From: Eledone cirrhosa
Lineage: Eukaryota
NCBI GenBank assembly: GCA_964016885.1
Contig: OZ024745.1
Span: 43,524,001 to 43,588,000 of the forward strand
Length of the DNA stretch: 64,000 bases
Direction of reading: 5' to 3'
Position numbers and translations under genes: made by a program. Position 1 is the first letter of the stretch; the number at the start of each line of letters is the position of its first letter. Positions 24,743 to 37,849 of the stretch are shown in pieces. Below the pieces are notes generated by a model, which was given only the letters and a program-made list of their open reading frames with translations, was not told the origin of the DNA and did not search any database.

Positions 24743-26458
24743 TTAAAATGTGCTCATTATTAGATTATTGGAAATTAATATTGATAAAATGTAGTTTGCT
24801 TGAAACATTGTACATAATATATAAGGTAAAACAATGCAAAAGGGATGGGAAGATGTAGGTAACGAAAAAGTAAGTTACCTAGAAATCTTTGTTTTGTTTT
24901 TTTGTTGTTGCTATTGTTTCTTTCGTCCTAATATTTCGGGACTTAAGATTCCCTTCTTCAGATCATAAGGAACTTTTAGAGAAAATGTTCTAGTTTCTTC
25001 TCTTTGGAATTAAATTTAATTATATCACTTTCCACATTATATATTGATATTGACCCTCCCCAAATATAACAATATATTAAGAGTGTTTATATCTCATGAG
25101 GTTAATGGCTTAGTATAATATCAGATTTGGGATTTAGGAGTTAAATATTCAGTTCTTTTAATTTCTTTTCTAAAGTTGAAAATGTAGTTACTCACATAAA
25201 ACACAAAGTCTCCCTAGCCATCCTCCAGGGCCACATTTTTCTCCATTCTGTCCACTCTTTACTATCTTCTGTACAGTATTTTTGATACTGTGCTAAGCTA
25301 AGTATAATTGTACACAATTTCAGTTTTGTTTTTAATATTAAAACATTGACAGTGAATACAATATTCGTCACTGATGAGGCAGCCTGCACAAAAGCTCCCG
25401 CACAACAGAGAAGGCTCCCCAACATCATTTGGACCTGCATCACTGGGGCTGCAATGTTGAGTTGTACTGTTGTTGAACTAACAAAATATTTTGCTAAACA
25501 GAAAGCTATAACTGGACATTGAATATAGTCAATAAAGTTAATGCTTAAAAACAGTATACTTATCCTTCTTTTGTCTTTTTACCACTATTACATTGGCCTC
25601 TGCTCCTCTGTCCTGGCTTATCTCATACAACCTTTCCTCGTGCACTCCTGACTCACCTGTTTTCTTTCTTCCTCCCATCACCTATATTGGGTCCATGACT
25701 CCTCTCAATCAGTGTCCACACTACTAAGTCCTACTTTTATTTCCTCCTCCCCAGTATATCATCCCTCAAGAATTCCTTTCCTGCTATGTTTTTCCTACAG
25801 TCATTGACTTTCAACTGTTCAAGAATAATATTAACTGCATGGATCTCACTGGTCTTGGTAGGCTTGCAAAAGCCATAAGTACAGCTCTTTCCTCCAGACC
25901 AAAAAGAAAAAGAAATTGAGATAAATTCATGAAAATAAATATACAAACTCTATTTCTGACAATGCTGCAGCACTATGGTTACATATTTTTATATATAATT
26001 TTATATCAAGTAATCTTCAAATCTGCAGTGTTTGGAATAAGTACACCATATTCTTACATGTCATAAGAAGTGACTAAAATAGTTAGCGTCAGGAAAGACA
26101 CCTAGCAGTATAAAATTGCCTCAAAAAGTTCCATCCAATCCATGCCAACATGGAAAAGTCAATGTAAAACCGATGATGATGATGATGATGATAATCTACT
26201 TCCTAGCAATCAAATGATTGTTTGTTATAGCCATGTAGAGAATTTATTGACATTTCCATGTCCTTTTCTCCCATTTGTTATTGGTGAGGAGAAGAGTTCA
26301 AGTATGAAAAATGTTTAAGCTTGCTTTTCTCGTGTTTCTATTTCAATCAACTAAAACAATAAAATGAAAACCTCATATTTTCTATCTGACAAAATTTGTT
26401 TGTATAAATGGAAAAAAAAATGAAGACTGAATTATTTATGCTTGAGATATGTTGGCAG

Positions 26459-26653
26459 AATTGAAAAAACTGAAGTGGAAGTGGAAGTTGAAGTTGAAGA
26501 GCATCTGCAGATGGAAGAAGGAACCTCCTATCTGACTACCCAGGAGGAAGAAGATGTGATTCTTGTTTGGGACAATGGAGATAAACAAAAATCTATCCGT
26601 GATCTAGCTGATTGCATTGATAAAATTGACAGAGATGTTCTGGAGTATTACAG
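26459..26653 (+). CDS. ITPR: ITPR exon (IEKTEVEVEVEVEE...EEDVILVW...DRDVLEYYR)
   Basis: cag|AATT ... AG|gtaag, 195 nt, phase 2-2. Confidence 0.88.
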
Positions 26654-27677
26654 GTAAGACAGAGTTCCAGGGAATTCACAAAGATAAGACAAAATGAAAT
26701 AAATTCCTAGTTGATGAAATATCCAATAAGTCTATTCAACCAGAGAGCCTTTCATTGTTGCTCAACCTGCTAGAAATAGTAGGCAAACTTCTCTTAATAC
26801 ATTCTCCACTATTTAAAAAGAAATAGAAAGAACTTGTTAAATAAGATATTCCAATGTATTCCTTTAAAGACTAGATGATCATGCCTAGAATACCTTTTAC
26901 TGTTTGTCAGTCCCCAATCAGAGTTGCCCTGGAGCCAAATAAAAATAACAATAATCTTACAAGAAAAAGAAGGCAAACCTAAAACATATATTTTAAAACA
27001 GCTTCTAATTAATAGCTTCACATCACATATTAACATATTTTCAGATTCAATAAGAAATAATTGATACTAAATGAAAAAATGTCAGTTTATATCATTAATC
27101 AATGTACTCACAATGCAGATGTATTTCATTAAAATTCATAATTTCAAGAATTTTGTGTTTAAATTAAATTTGTATCATGTAATTTAATAAGACAGGTTTC
27201 TTTCAAGAGGTTGCCTTCAACATTTTTCTCAGGGTCATAGTAAAAAGATGCATGTTTCATTGTTAAAACAAGAGCCTTCATATTATTTATCCTTCTTGCT
27301 ATCATCATTACTATCATTATTTATTGGAAATGATGTGACATGAAGTTAACTATTGGATTTAGATTTGATTCTCAGTTTTACTCAGTATCTAAATACTTGT
27401 GGAGAGGATCAGCCAACAAAATAGCACCTACAAACATGATTGCTCAATCTGCAAGAAGTAGCAACCGAATCTCTCTTAAATCACACATTACTTTAGAGAA
27501 ATTAGTCTGGGGTATTCAGTGTTTAAAAAAAGAAGGGATGGTCCACTCAAATATCTTTGATCAGAGTTCACCTTGAGTTAAACCACAACATAATGTGGAT
27601 ATTTTTGTAATTTATTTGGCTTTATATTTTGAAACGCATCAGGAATTCCATTTACTAGCCTTAACTTTTACTTATAA

Positions 27678-29475
27678 CACAGTGTAACAAAAAAAAATGT
27701 TTTCTCTGTTCCTGGCTTGTAATCACTTTTTTTTGTGTTGCTTAGGTCCCAAATAAATTTTAAAAAGTGCTATTAAACAGTTAAAAGTTGGGGTTTGTAA
27801 AAATTCTAAGCTATTCACTAAAATTATTTGTATGCTGGATTTTACGTTATATGTAAGCTTAATTTGCTTATGTTAAATGATTTTTTTAATATATGTTTCA
27901 GGCTAAATTAAAATTATAAAATAAAGAGTAATACCTAAAGAAAATTATAAAAGTGCAATAAAGTATAAAATTGTTAAAAAGTGGATTAAAGAGATTTATT
28001 GATACTGGGGTACAAGAAAAAGTTCCTCACTTCCCAAACCAAAAAGAAGTCAATGACTTGGTCAAGGATATGGGTCTGACTAAGTCCAATGCAGAGCTAT
28101 TCATCTCCAAGATGAAGCAGTGGAACTTGGTCAAGGAGGAAGTGCAGGTGACAAGTCAGAGAAGTCGACACAAACCTTTCTCAGGCCTTTACACTCTTAG
28201 GGATGGCCTCTGCTTCTGCCATGATGTGCCTGGACTGTTTGACGTTATTGGGTTGCCGTCTGTGCCAAAGAAGTGGCGGCTATTTATAGACAGCTCCACC
28301 ACAAGTTTGAAGGCTGTCCTCCTCCACAATGGAAACAAGTTCCCGACACTGCCCCTAGCTCATTCAGTCTGCTTGAAGGAAGATTACTACAGTGTGAAAG
28401 TCCTCTTGGAAGCTCTGCAATACAACCAGTACAATTGGGAAATCATTGGAGACTTCAAGATGGTGGCTTTCCTGCTTGGACTCCAAGGAGGCTTTATCAA
28501 ATTCCAATGATTCCTCTCCCTTTGGGACAGCAGAGCCACCTCTGACCACTACAAAAGAAAGAACTGGGAGCAGCGAACAGAATTTGTAGTTAGGACCCGG
28601 AACGTCATGTGGGAGCCACTGGTTGATCCCAGGATTGTGCTCATGCCGCCACTGCACATTAAGTTGGGGTTGATGAAGCAGTTTGTAAAGGCTCTCAACC
28701 AAGAATCAGCTGCTTTTAAGTACCTTCTTGAGTTCTTCCCCAAGTTATTTGAGGCCAAAATCAAAGGTGGAATTTTTGTTGGACCTCAGATAAAGAAGGT
28801 GTTTGAGTCTACCGAGTTCTCCAATAAGCTCAATAGGATTGAGAGAACAGCATGGAACTGTTTCAAGGCAGTTGTTAAGGGCTTCCTGGGCAACTACAGA
28901 GCTGAAAACTACCAGCAACTGGTGCAGGATCTGATAAAGGCTTTTGGCGCCATGGGATGCAGGATGTCGCTTAAACTCCACGTGCTGGACGCTCACCTGG
29001 AAAAATTCAAGGACAATATGGGCGCCTACTCAGAAGAACAAGGCGAATGATTCCACCAAGATGTGAAAGAGATAGAGTGGGGGTACCAGGGCCACTACAA
29101 TGAAAAAATGATGGGGGACTATATCTGGGGGCTAGTGCGGGAATGCGACCTGGACTACAACCACAAATCCAGGAAATCCAGTCATTTCTGACGTGTATAA
29201 GTTGCTTTATAAGTGTTATTTGTTTTTACTTGTTTGCTTTTGATAAGCTTGTGTAATAAAATAAATATATACTCTGTTTATTTAATTATATGAACTGATA
29301 AATTTTTTTTAAATGTGTTTTTTCTTGAAAAATATGAAAATTTCAAAATATCAAACTCCTGACCAAAAAACCCAAACTTCTGATTAAATAACAGTGTTTT
29401 TTTTTATAATAATGGGATATAACAAACTAGGAAATGACACTTAGAACCGGGGAACAAAAAATATGTTACACGGTG
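27678..29475 (+). mobile_element. Chapaev3-type (CMC) DNA transposon derivative with disrupted transposase
   Basis: CAC...GTG termini (cacagtgtaaca / tgttacacggtg) with 3-bp TAA TSD. Transposase motifs WRLFIDSS..SLKAVLLHNGN, GDFKMV, MPPLHIKLGLMKQFVKAL, SEEQGE. Frameshift at ~28505 and TGA at 29048; N-terminal part absent. Confidence 0.82.
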
Positions 29476-29616
29476 TAATCAATTCATTTGGATAGCATTA
29501 AAATTGTCAGTAAGCTAAGTCTGTAGGAAAAGCGAATTATGAATTATTTTTATATAAAAGAATTCTTATTTTAATTATCATATTTGTTTAAATTTTATCA
29601 TATTTCTCTCTCCCAG

Positions 29617-29712
29617 GCACCAGTTAGATCTATTTTCCCACATGTGCCTGGACCGACAATATTTGGCAATTGACAAACTTACAACACAGCTTGATATTGA
29701 GTTGATTCTAAA
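29617..29712 (+). CDS. ITPR: ITPR exon ([18 protein letters not shown]...LDIELIL)
   Basis: cag|GCAC ... AA|gtgag, 96 nt, phase 2-2. Confidence 0.94.
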
Positions 29713-29978
29713 GTGAGTTTTGTTTTTATGTTTCTTAACTAATTTCTGGTAAATAATTGAATGAATGATAATTATTTCTGGTATGATAAAAATATATTTT
29801 GACTTGTATATGAAGAAAATATTATGAAATAATCATCTCAAAAACAAAGTTTAAAGCATTAATATATTTATTAATAATCTGTGTTATACAGTATCCAAGT
29901 TGGAGACATGGACGAACAGATGGAAATATATTTAAGTGTATATTCTTATTTCCTTTGTATCTTACATTATTTATCCAG

Positions 29979-30134
29979 GTGTATGGAGGATGAGATGTTG
30001 TCCAAAGATATCAGAGCATCCTTTTGTCGTTTGATGCTACACATGCATGTGGATCGTGACCCACAAGAGAAAGTTACTCCAGTTAAATATGCCAGACTTT
30101 GGTCAGAAATTCCTCAAAAAATTCTAATTGAAGA
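29979..30134 (+). CDS. ITPR: ITPR exon ([30 protein letters not shown]...LWSEIP)
   Basis: cag|GTGT ... GA|gtaag, 156 nt. Confidence 0.96.
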
Positions 30135-30307
30135 GTAAGTAGTCTTAATTTACTTCCCAGCATTGTTTCTTTAACCCTTTTGCTACCTTATTTCTATTGA
30201 AAAACACTGTCTTTATTTTGAAAATAACTGACAATTTCAAGGCATTTAGTAAAATAACTAACTTGGTTGGTGTTTAGAACATAATTTAAGAAAAATACTT
30301 ACATAAA

Positions 30308-31103
30308 CAGAAAAAATGAAACAAAATTTCATTTTGCACTCTTAGTACGGCTGTTACTTAAATATAAGTATGTATACGTACATACATATATGTATACAGA
30401 CGTACAGTAGTATGTATATATATATATACATACATGCACACATATATATATATACGTATGGATTCACCGAACATTTATTATAATGCTCGGTGTGTTTGTA
30501 AACAAACATCCCGAATTGTTTACAAACACACAGAGCATTATAATAAATGTTCGGTGAATCCATACGTACATATATATATATGTGTGCATGTATGTATATA
30601 TATATATACATACTACTGTACGTCTGTATACATATATGTATGTACGTATACATACTTATATTTAAGTTAACAGCCGTACTAAGAGTGAGAAATGAAATTT
30701 TGTTTCATTTTTTCCGTTTATCGTTTTCAGTACCCCGGCCGATTAACTCACTCGATATGCAAATTAGGCTGCTCAGCCGTTAATATGCATAAGGAAAGTA
30801 TATACTTTCAGACATTCAATCATCTGGCAGGAAGGTATACATTGCTGACGATAGCTAATAAGCTTGAAACTAGTACAGCATTCCTTTGTCAGTGTTGAAC
30901 AAATGAGCAACGATGGTTGCTAGACACTGTACAGCTTAATTCGGGATGTTTGTTTACAAACACACCGAGCATTATAATAAATGTTCGGTGAATCCATACG
31001 TACATATATATGTGTGCATGTATGTATATATATATATATATATATATATACATACTACTGTACGTCTGTATACATATATGTATGTATGTATGTATACATA
31101 CTT
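30308..31103 (+). mobile_element. Non-coding hammerhead-bearing element (non-autonomous Penelope/retrozyme-like) with a 5' inverted duplication
   Basis: Near-perfect ~200-bp-arm palindrome at 30304-30720; direct repeat of 30517-30660 at 30951-31105; 13-bp flanking duplication atacttacataaa (30295-30307 and 31104-31116); hammerhead at 30841-30880. Confidence 0.75.
30825..30891 (+). ncRNA. Minimal type I hammerhead ribozyme
   Basis: ttg-CTGACGA-t-agct-aata-agct-t-GAAA-ctag-TA-cag; palindromic ACTAGT stem III; distal stem I pairing tggcaggaa/ttcct(tt)gtca. Confidence 0.75.
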
Positions 31104-31999
31104 ATACTTACATAAAATTATAGTCAAAGGTTTTTAGATAAATATAATACTGTAAAACAAAGTTTTGTATCATAGAACCAGGAGTGGTTTCATGTGACTT
31201 GGTACTGAAAAGGTTAAAATATTTCTGCAGATTCAACATTGAATGGAATTTGTATAAATTAGCTAATTAGTTAATATATTCAAATTAGTTAATATATTCA
31301 AAGCTACTGCATTGTTTAACAGCATAGCCAGATTGATAGTGGTTGGAACTGACTAAAGAATAAAATGTCCTTTATGTTAAACAATGCAGTACCTTTGAAC
31401 ATATTAACTCCCTATTTACATTTATATTTCAAAAATTCCACATTTACATGAACAAAAATATACACATGTATTGTTTCTCCAACCAGCAGTTTCTGTAATA
31501 TTAAAGAACATTGGTAAAATACCAAAGAATATCATAAGCTCTAAGAATATAAATTTCTGATTGAGTTTTGATAGGAATATCATCTGTAGGTTTTAGTAAT
31601 CTGAAAATGTTTTCTTATAGTTGATTAAACATGAAAGGAATAGTAAAAAAAATAAAAAGTTAGTCTTTCTTCCTGCTTGATGGAATAACCCTCCCACAGC
31701 AGCTGCTGGTTCTCATTTCTTCAGCTGAGTAGACTGGAGCAATGTAAAATGAAGTATCTTGCTCTAGGAAACAGCATGTATTCCAGTCTGGGAATTAAAC
31801 CCACAACTTAAGTATTAATGTAACAACATGATAATAAGCTTCATGTAAGCTGAGTTTATTTGATATTTATTTACCTTTTTCTGTGTGACAAGCTTCATGT
31901 AAGCTGAGTTTATTTGATATTTATTTACCTTTTTCTGTGTGATTTTATTATGTTTTTTTCATTGACAATATTACTGATGTGATTTGTTTCATTGACCAG

Positions 32000-32153
32000 T
32001 TATGAAACTCTTCATAGTAAAGATGTTGAAAAGGAAAGAGTTAAAAGTAGATTTGCATCAACCATGAAATTTGTAGAGGAATATTTATCTACAGTTGCTG
32101 CAGATAATAGTTGGTCGCAGAAAGATAGATTCCAGAATGAACTCACTTATGAG
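32000..32153 (+). CDS. ITPR: ITPR exon (YETLHSKD...FASTMKFVEEYL...QNELTYE)
   Basis: cag|TTAT ... GAG|gtaac, phase 2-0. Confidence 0.92.
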
Positions 32154-33144
32154 GTAACAAACATTTGGCTTTCATTCTCCCTTTTGGGGCCACTGTCCCC
32201 TCAAGGCCATGTAATACCCTCAGTGCCCCCCCCCCCCCTCTATTTCCAGAGAGACCTTCCAACACGCAAATTGTAAATAAGACATAATAAATAAAATCGT
32301 TAATTTATATATAATAAATAATATAATATATACTATGTATAAATAAATATTATATATTTTTTATATGACTATATTTATATATAATATGTATCATTTAATA
32401 TTTAATATACTATTATATCATCTCTAGTCCCCCTTAGGACCCAGCGCTCCCCTGGGGGGCAGTTGCACCCACTTTGAGAACCTCTAATCTAATATGTGTT
32501 GTTTATTTATCTAACTGTTTGAGAAGGTTTTCATCTATCTCATTGTAATAATAATTATTGCTTCAATCATCACTAAATGTATTGAAATTGTAATAGGTTG
32601 ACTAGATAAATACTTCTTGTTAATACTTTTTCTTAACAAAATTACATAGTTTATATATATGCAAATATATGTAGAGAATAAAGCAACTTTTGATGCTTGA
32701 ATTTTTAATTTAATCTAAAATAACCATCCTAAATTAGAAATATTTGTCACCTAGATATGTTAGTTCAGAAGTGGTTATTATAGTATTTATTTTATTTCTG
32801 TTACACCATTGGTGTTAGTTTCTAGATGTTATCTATAACTTACTATGAATTAACCTTATTATACATGAACCTACATGAGAAGGAAATGTGTTAAAAGAAC
32901 ACCATTTATTGAATCAGCCTTGTTAGTAGGGAAAACATGCTAAACAACAACAATGATGATGATATATTTAGACTTTCTAGCAATTCTGAAATGCTGCCAC
33001 AAGTTAAAGATGGGTTTGTCTTTGATTTATCTTTATAATCATAACCAACGTAATAAACGTAACCAAAAAAAATTATTTAACATACTTTTATGAAACCAAA
33101 TTAATGTCGGTTGTGTTATTAAAATTATTTGTAATTCTTTTTAG

Positions 33145-33286
33145 GTTGTGAACTTGGCTAAACATCTTATCTACTTTGGATTTTACACATTCAGTGATTT
33201 GCTTCGTCTTACAAAGACATTGCTGATTATACTTGATTGCACTCCCAGTGAACAGAATTTACGAATGAACAAACTACTTGGTGATG
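33145..33286 (+). CDS. ITPR: ITPR exon ([32 protein letters not shown]...)
   Basis: tag|GTT ... G|gtatg, phase 0-1. Confidence 0.94.
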
Positions 33287-35364
33287 GTATGTATATTGTG
33301 TAATATAATTCCACATATTGCCAAACAAACTGTGTAACATTTTAGGTAAAAATATTGTCCTCTAACTAATCGATTAGAAATCTAGAGTAGCCCAAAAGAC
33401 TTCTGTACTGATTTAACAGAAAAATTCTTCTGGTGACTTCTCCAGGCCCATATTAACCAACAAAACACATATAAATCCCCTGCTACTTACAGCTATGCTT
33501 CCTAATCGTTTCTATTTTCAATGAACTTGGTCATTGATTGTTAAGTTTATTAATACTTAACATCCTATATCACATAAACCACATTGACCCTTTAGCATTT
33601 AAACCGGCTGTATCCAGCTAGAATTCTCTCACCTCTTTCTGTTCAAACTGGCTGTTACTGGCTACTCATACCAATGTTATGGTATTGTTCTTAAAATAAA
33701 TATCAAAATCTCATAAATTCAATATTATGTGAGATAATTATTTGAAGTAAAGCCCTTACCGGGAAAATACAATAGAGTAATGCAAATGGTAAAGTGTTAA
33801 GAAGACATTCTTCAAAAATACAAAATGGCACTATGACTCCATTAGATTAAAAATAAGTTTTAACTCTAATACTGTAAGTTTTCTAAACAATGTTATAAAC
33901 ATTTATATATAGACACTATAAACATTTGAATTGACTCTCAGTGTTTAGATGTTTACAGGGTATTAAGAGTTAACTTTTAATAAGGGTACAATACAGTACC
34001 TATCACAGGATACAAACTGTTAATTCTTGGACTAGTAGACTGCTTCTTAATGACCCAGCTACTTGAGACTCTAAACTCTTTAGGCTGCTTCTCTGTACTA
34101 ATGACATAATTAATATTGTTATTTAAACTACTGGATGTTAATTTTATATCTCAGCAATTGTTGTTCTTTGTTATGACTTGTAGAAGATAAATGGTCTATG
34201 CATGAGTCTTAATCCTTTAGCATTTAAATTACTCTATTATTTACTATTGTATTTTCATATTAAAAGCTTTACCTCACATAATATCGAATCTATGAAATTT
34301 TAATGTTATTTATTTTGAGAATAATACCTTAACATCAGTATGAGTGGCCGGTTTGAACAGAAAGTGGTGAGAGGATAGAGCTGATTTAAATGCTGCTAAA
34401 GGGATTCACATTCACTGCAAATATTCTGTTGTGTCTCACTTAAATCTATATGCTCCAATTACACTAGCTAAGGAATAGGTTGCAGACAAGGCTTTTATTG
34501 TATAAGTTATGTAGCCCATCTCCCTCACCATCCTCTGGGTAAATGCCTTCTCTATTCTGTCCACTAGGGCAGTGGGGCAACCAGTCCACCTGGGCCATGA
34601 GGTGGCCAGAACGTGGGCTCCCATTTGCTCATAATAGTGAGAGATGGGGAGAGACAGAGGCAGTGACAGTGGACAGTTGGTTCCTTTGTGTTCAGACCTG
34701 GTATATATGTATGTTTCACAGACACACACTCACACACTATAGTTTCTATTCACAAGTTGTTTAGATTAGTATAAACTAATGTTCTTTTGAGGAAGAGGCT
34801 TAAGTTCCATCTGTGTAAAATCAATAAAGTTAAGGTTAAACTTTTCCATATACATTCTTGAGATTTTTGTGATGATTAACTTTAATTCTGCATCTTATGT
34901 ATTGTTATATACTCAGTGTTTTTGAGTGATGCACTAAAATATATGAAATTGTTTAATTTTTCATACTTACATAGAAAAAGTATTAAATTAGTAAACTGTT
35001 AGAATAGCCCTGTTGAATAATGGAAAAAAATCCGATATCTCAATTGCAAGACAATATTCTTTTATAACTCACTGCCAGGTGATAAATTATTCTTCCTTCT
35101 TTTTTTCACTTTTTTAAAGTCTTTTGTGAACTCATGAAACTCTTTCGTAAATCTAGATTAAGATTAAAGCAATTTTTAAAGCTTTCCTTTTTATGCATTA
35201 TATTGTTTCTTCAATAAGAAAATTCAAGAATTGTCTAGACAGGATGAAGTTTCTTATTGAAAAATGTTCTAATATTTTAGATCAAATTTAATAACCTTCT
35301 ATACTGTCCCAAAAGATGTTTTTTTAAAATTTTTTATGCAAAAAAAAAAATGTTTTTATAACAG

Positions 35365-35474
35365 AAAGCGAGGAGAAAAGCAGCCTACCAGCCCACTTAT
35401 TAACAAAGAAAAGTCTAGACAAAAACTGCACAATAATCATGGACACAAAGTTAAAGATTATAACTATACTTCAG
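35365..35474 (+). CDS. ITPR: ITPR exon (ESEEKSS...IMDTKLKIITILQ)
   Basis: cag|AAAG ... CAG|gttag, phase 1-0. Confidence 0.88.
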
Positions 35475-36466
35475 GTTAGTATTTAATTTTGGTTTGATAA
35501 ATTCATAGATTTCAAACACCACTGAGTGGTACTTTAGCTTTCATCATTTTCGGGTGAATAGAATAAAGATATAATCAATTATATCTCTCTCCCACAATGT
35601 GTGACCATCTTGTGCCTGTTAGAAATTATTAACTTATGATAAATTCCTTTTTTTCATGAGCTATTTCAGTGATTCACAGATCAGATCTCTTACATTTCAG
35701 TGGTTACTAGTTACATTTCACAAAAAATATAAAGTATACTAAGAAAATAGGAAATGCTAATCAAACAAAATTAAGATAGTGAGGACAGAGGTCAAGGAAG
35801 CTACTTTGAATCTCTAATTTTCAATAAATGACAATTAAGATTTTAGTGAGAAATTAAAGTGATTGGTGATAGAAAAGGTATCCATCAGTAGAGAGCTTGT
35901 CAAACAAAGGGTTGAGAGGACCCTTCAGTTGCATGTATGTATGTAACCATAAGTTCTGGTGGAGTCATAGTGGGCACCATAGTGACATACAGGGCTTCTT
36001 GGACATTTTTAAAATTTGGTAGAGCCCATCTCCTTTCAAGGTCTGAACGTAGCTGTTTTCTTCCAGAGAAGGAGAATGAGTGATAGAGAGGAATTGAGAA
36101 AGAGATATAGAGGAAGAATTAACACCAATACTGAACAGGAATGGACTGGTACTTTTTTTTATCAAACTCAAAAGGATGAAAGGCAAAGTTGACCTCAGTG
36201 GGATTTGAATTCAGAGCACAGTCGGAACATTTACTGCAAATCATTCAATCCAATGTTCTAACAACTCTGCTGAGTTTTTTTGCCTTTTAAAGACCATAGC
36301 ATGTGATTTATGAAAGATTTGTCTGCTATTTCTAGCAAGCTGAGTCGCACATTGATACGGCCTCATTTATAGATATTAGAGCCAGTAATATATATTTTCT
36401 ATCTGTAAGAGGACTTAATTAGTTATTGCAAATGAAGATGATGATGTTTCTCTCTCTTTATTGCAG

Positions 36467-36563
36467 TTTATTCTTCATGTACGCTTGGATTATAGAATCA
36501 CTTGTTTGTTGACCATATTCAAAAGGGAATTCCTGGAGAAAACTGATGCACCTGAAGCACAAG
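36467..36563 (+). CDS. ITPR: ITPR exon (FILHVRLDYRITCLLTIFKREF...PEAQ)
   Basis: cag|TTT ... AAG|gtctt; weak donor, but the phase fits the next exon. Confidence 0.87.
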
Positions 36564-37849
36564 GTCTTTTATTTCTCTTTAATCTTTCAGTTGGCTTATT
36601 CCATCTTTTTAAACTTTTTATTTTATTTTTATTTTTTACTTTTAATTTATTTCAGAATTCTAATGAAATGTTGATGTTTTTTTAATATTAAGTTGAAATA
36701 TTTTTGTATTTAAACTGATACACATAAGTACAAAACAATAAAAAGAAAAAAAAGTATGACCACCAAGTCCTTCTCATCACTTACATTCTTTTATATAGTT
36801 TTTCTTTCTTATTGTATCCTCTTTCCTTTTGTTCTTCTTCAGTTTAAATATGCATTATACATTCTTTGTTCACACTAAATTTAATCATCAATTACTACTA
36901 AAAATAGTTTCATATTAATCTATTTATCTGAAAAAGAGTTCAGAATTCTTCTATATATAGTCTATATCAAAACTCGATTATATCAGTTCTGTTAATTAAA
37001 ATCAATTATAATGAATACATTTCTTACAACAAAAAAAGTGCACAACACTTTTTTTAGACTGAGAATATTCTTCATTCATCTAGTAGTGTATTATAAAATT
37101 TGTTCATTGTGTACTCAGGGATAGACAAATTTCTCTATTTTAGAAATGATTATTATTATGTATCAGTCATTTATTGAACATATATTATCTTCATCATGTA
37201 GCTTTCCAGATATGAAGCAACTGTATCTCTATATAACTGTTAATATTTCTTCATTTATTCTATCATTCAGTGAAGTATAAAAAGGTATTTAATACCCAGC
37301 AGTAGAAATCATGATTAAGGCTTCAGAGGACTCTTCAGTTGTGTCAAGGACACAACAAACTCTCTAGTGTTGGTGATATGATAAACACACCCAGTACACT
37401 CTGTAAAGTGGTTGATGATTTGAAGAGTATCCAGTCATAGAAACCATGCCAAACAAAAATCAAGAGGACTATTCATTTGAGTCAAAGGCATGGCAACTTC
37501 TCTAGTGCTGGTGAAACAATAAATTCCCCCAGTACACACAGTAAAGTGATTGGTGGTATGAAGGACACCCAGCCATGGAAAACCTGCTAGATGACAGTTT
37601 GAGAGGACTCTTCAGTTGTTTCCTTGTATAGATTGAAGGTATTTTGTGGGAAAGACAAATTAAGGACTGTATGGAATGATTGACAGAAAAAAAATAAAAC
37701 TTAATATGTTTTTATTAAAAATCAAAGACAATTTTCTCTAAAAATTATTTTAAAACGATATTAGGAAACCATGCCAGGATGAAACAAATGGTTAAAATGA
37801 AGTAACATTGATAATAACAAAATATGTTGCTGCATTGCTTCTTTTTCTT

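Larger units (their letters stand above)
30175..31213. mobile_element. TTAA MITE (family A) interrupted by the hammerhead foldback element
   Basis: ttaa|cccttttgctacc ... ggtactgaaaagg|ttaa; MITE sequence resumes after 31116. Confidence 0.7.

Noticed and set aside
31836-31941. Two-copy tandem duplications (53 bp here; also ~54093-54184 and ~12398-12460)
   Set aside because: Ordinary local slippage duplications with no further structure.
32180-32485. Possible hAT MITE remnant (cccactttgagaacctct end)
   Set aside because: Only one terminus is recognisable and there is no TSD.
34436-34764. GC-richer ORFs as a possible missing ITPR exon
   Set aside because: No IP3R similarity and no good donor; the minus strand (RIEKAFTQRM) looks more like an old CR1 fragment.
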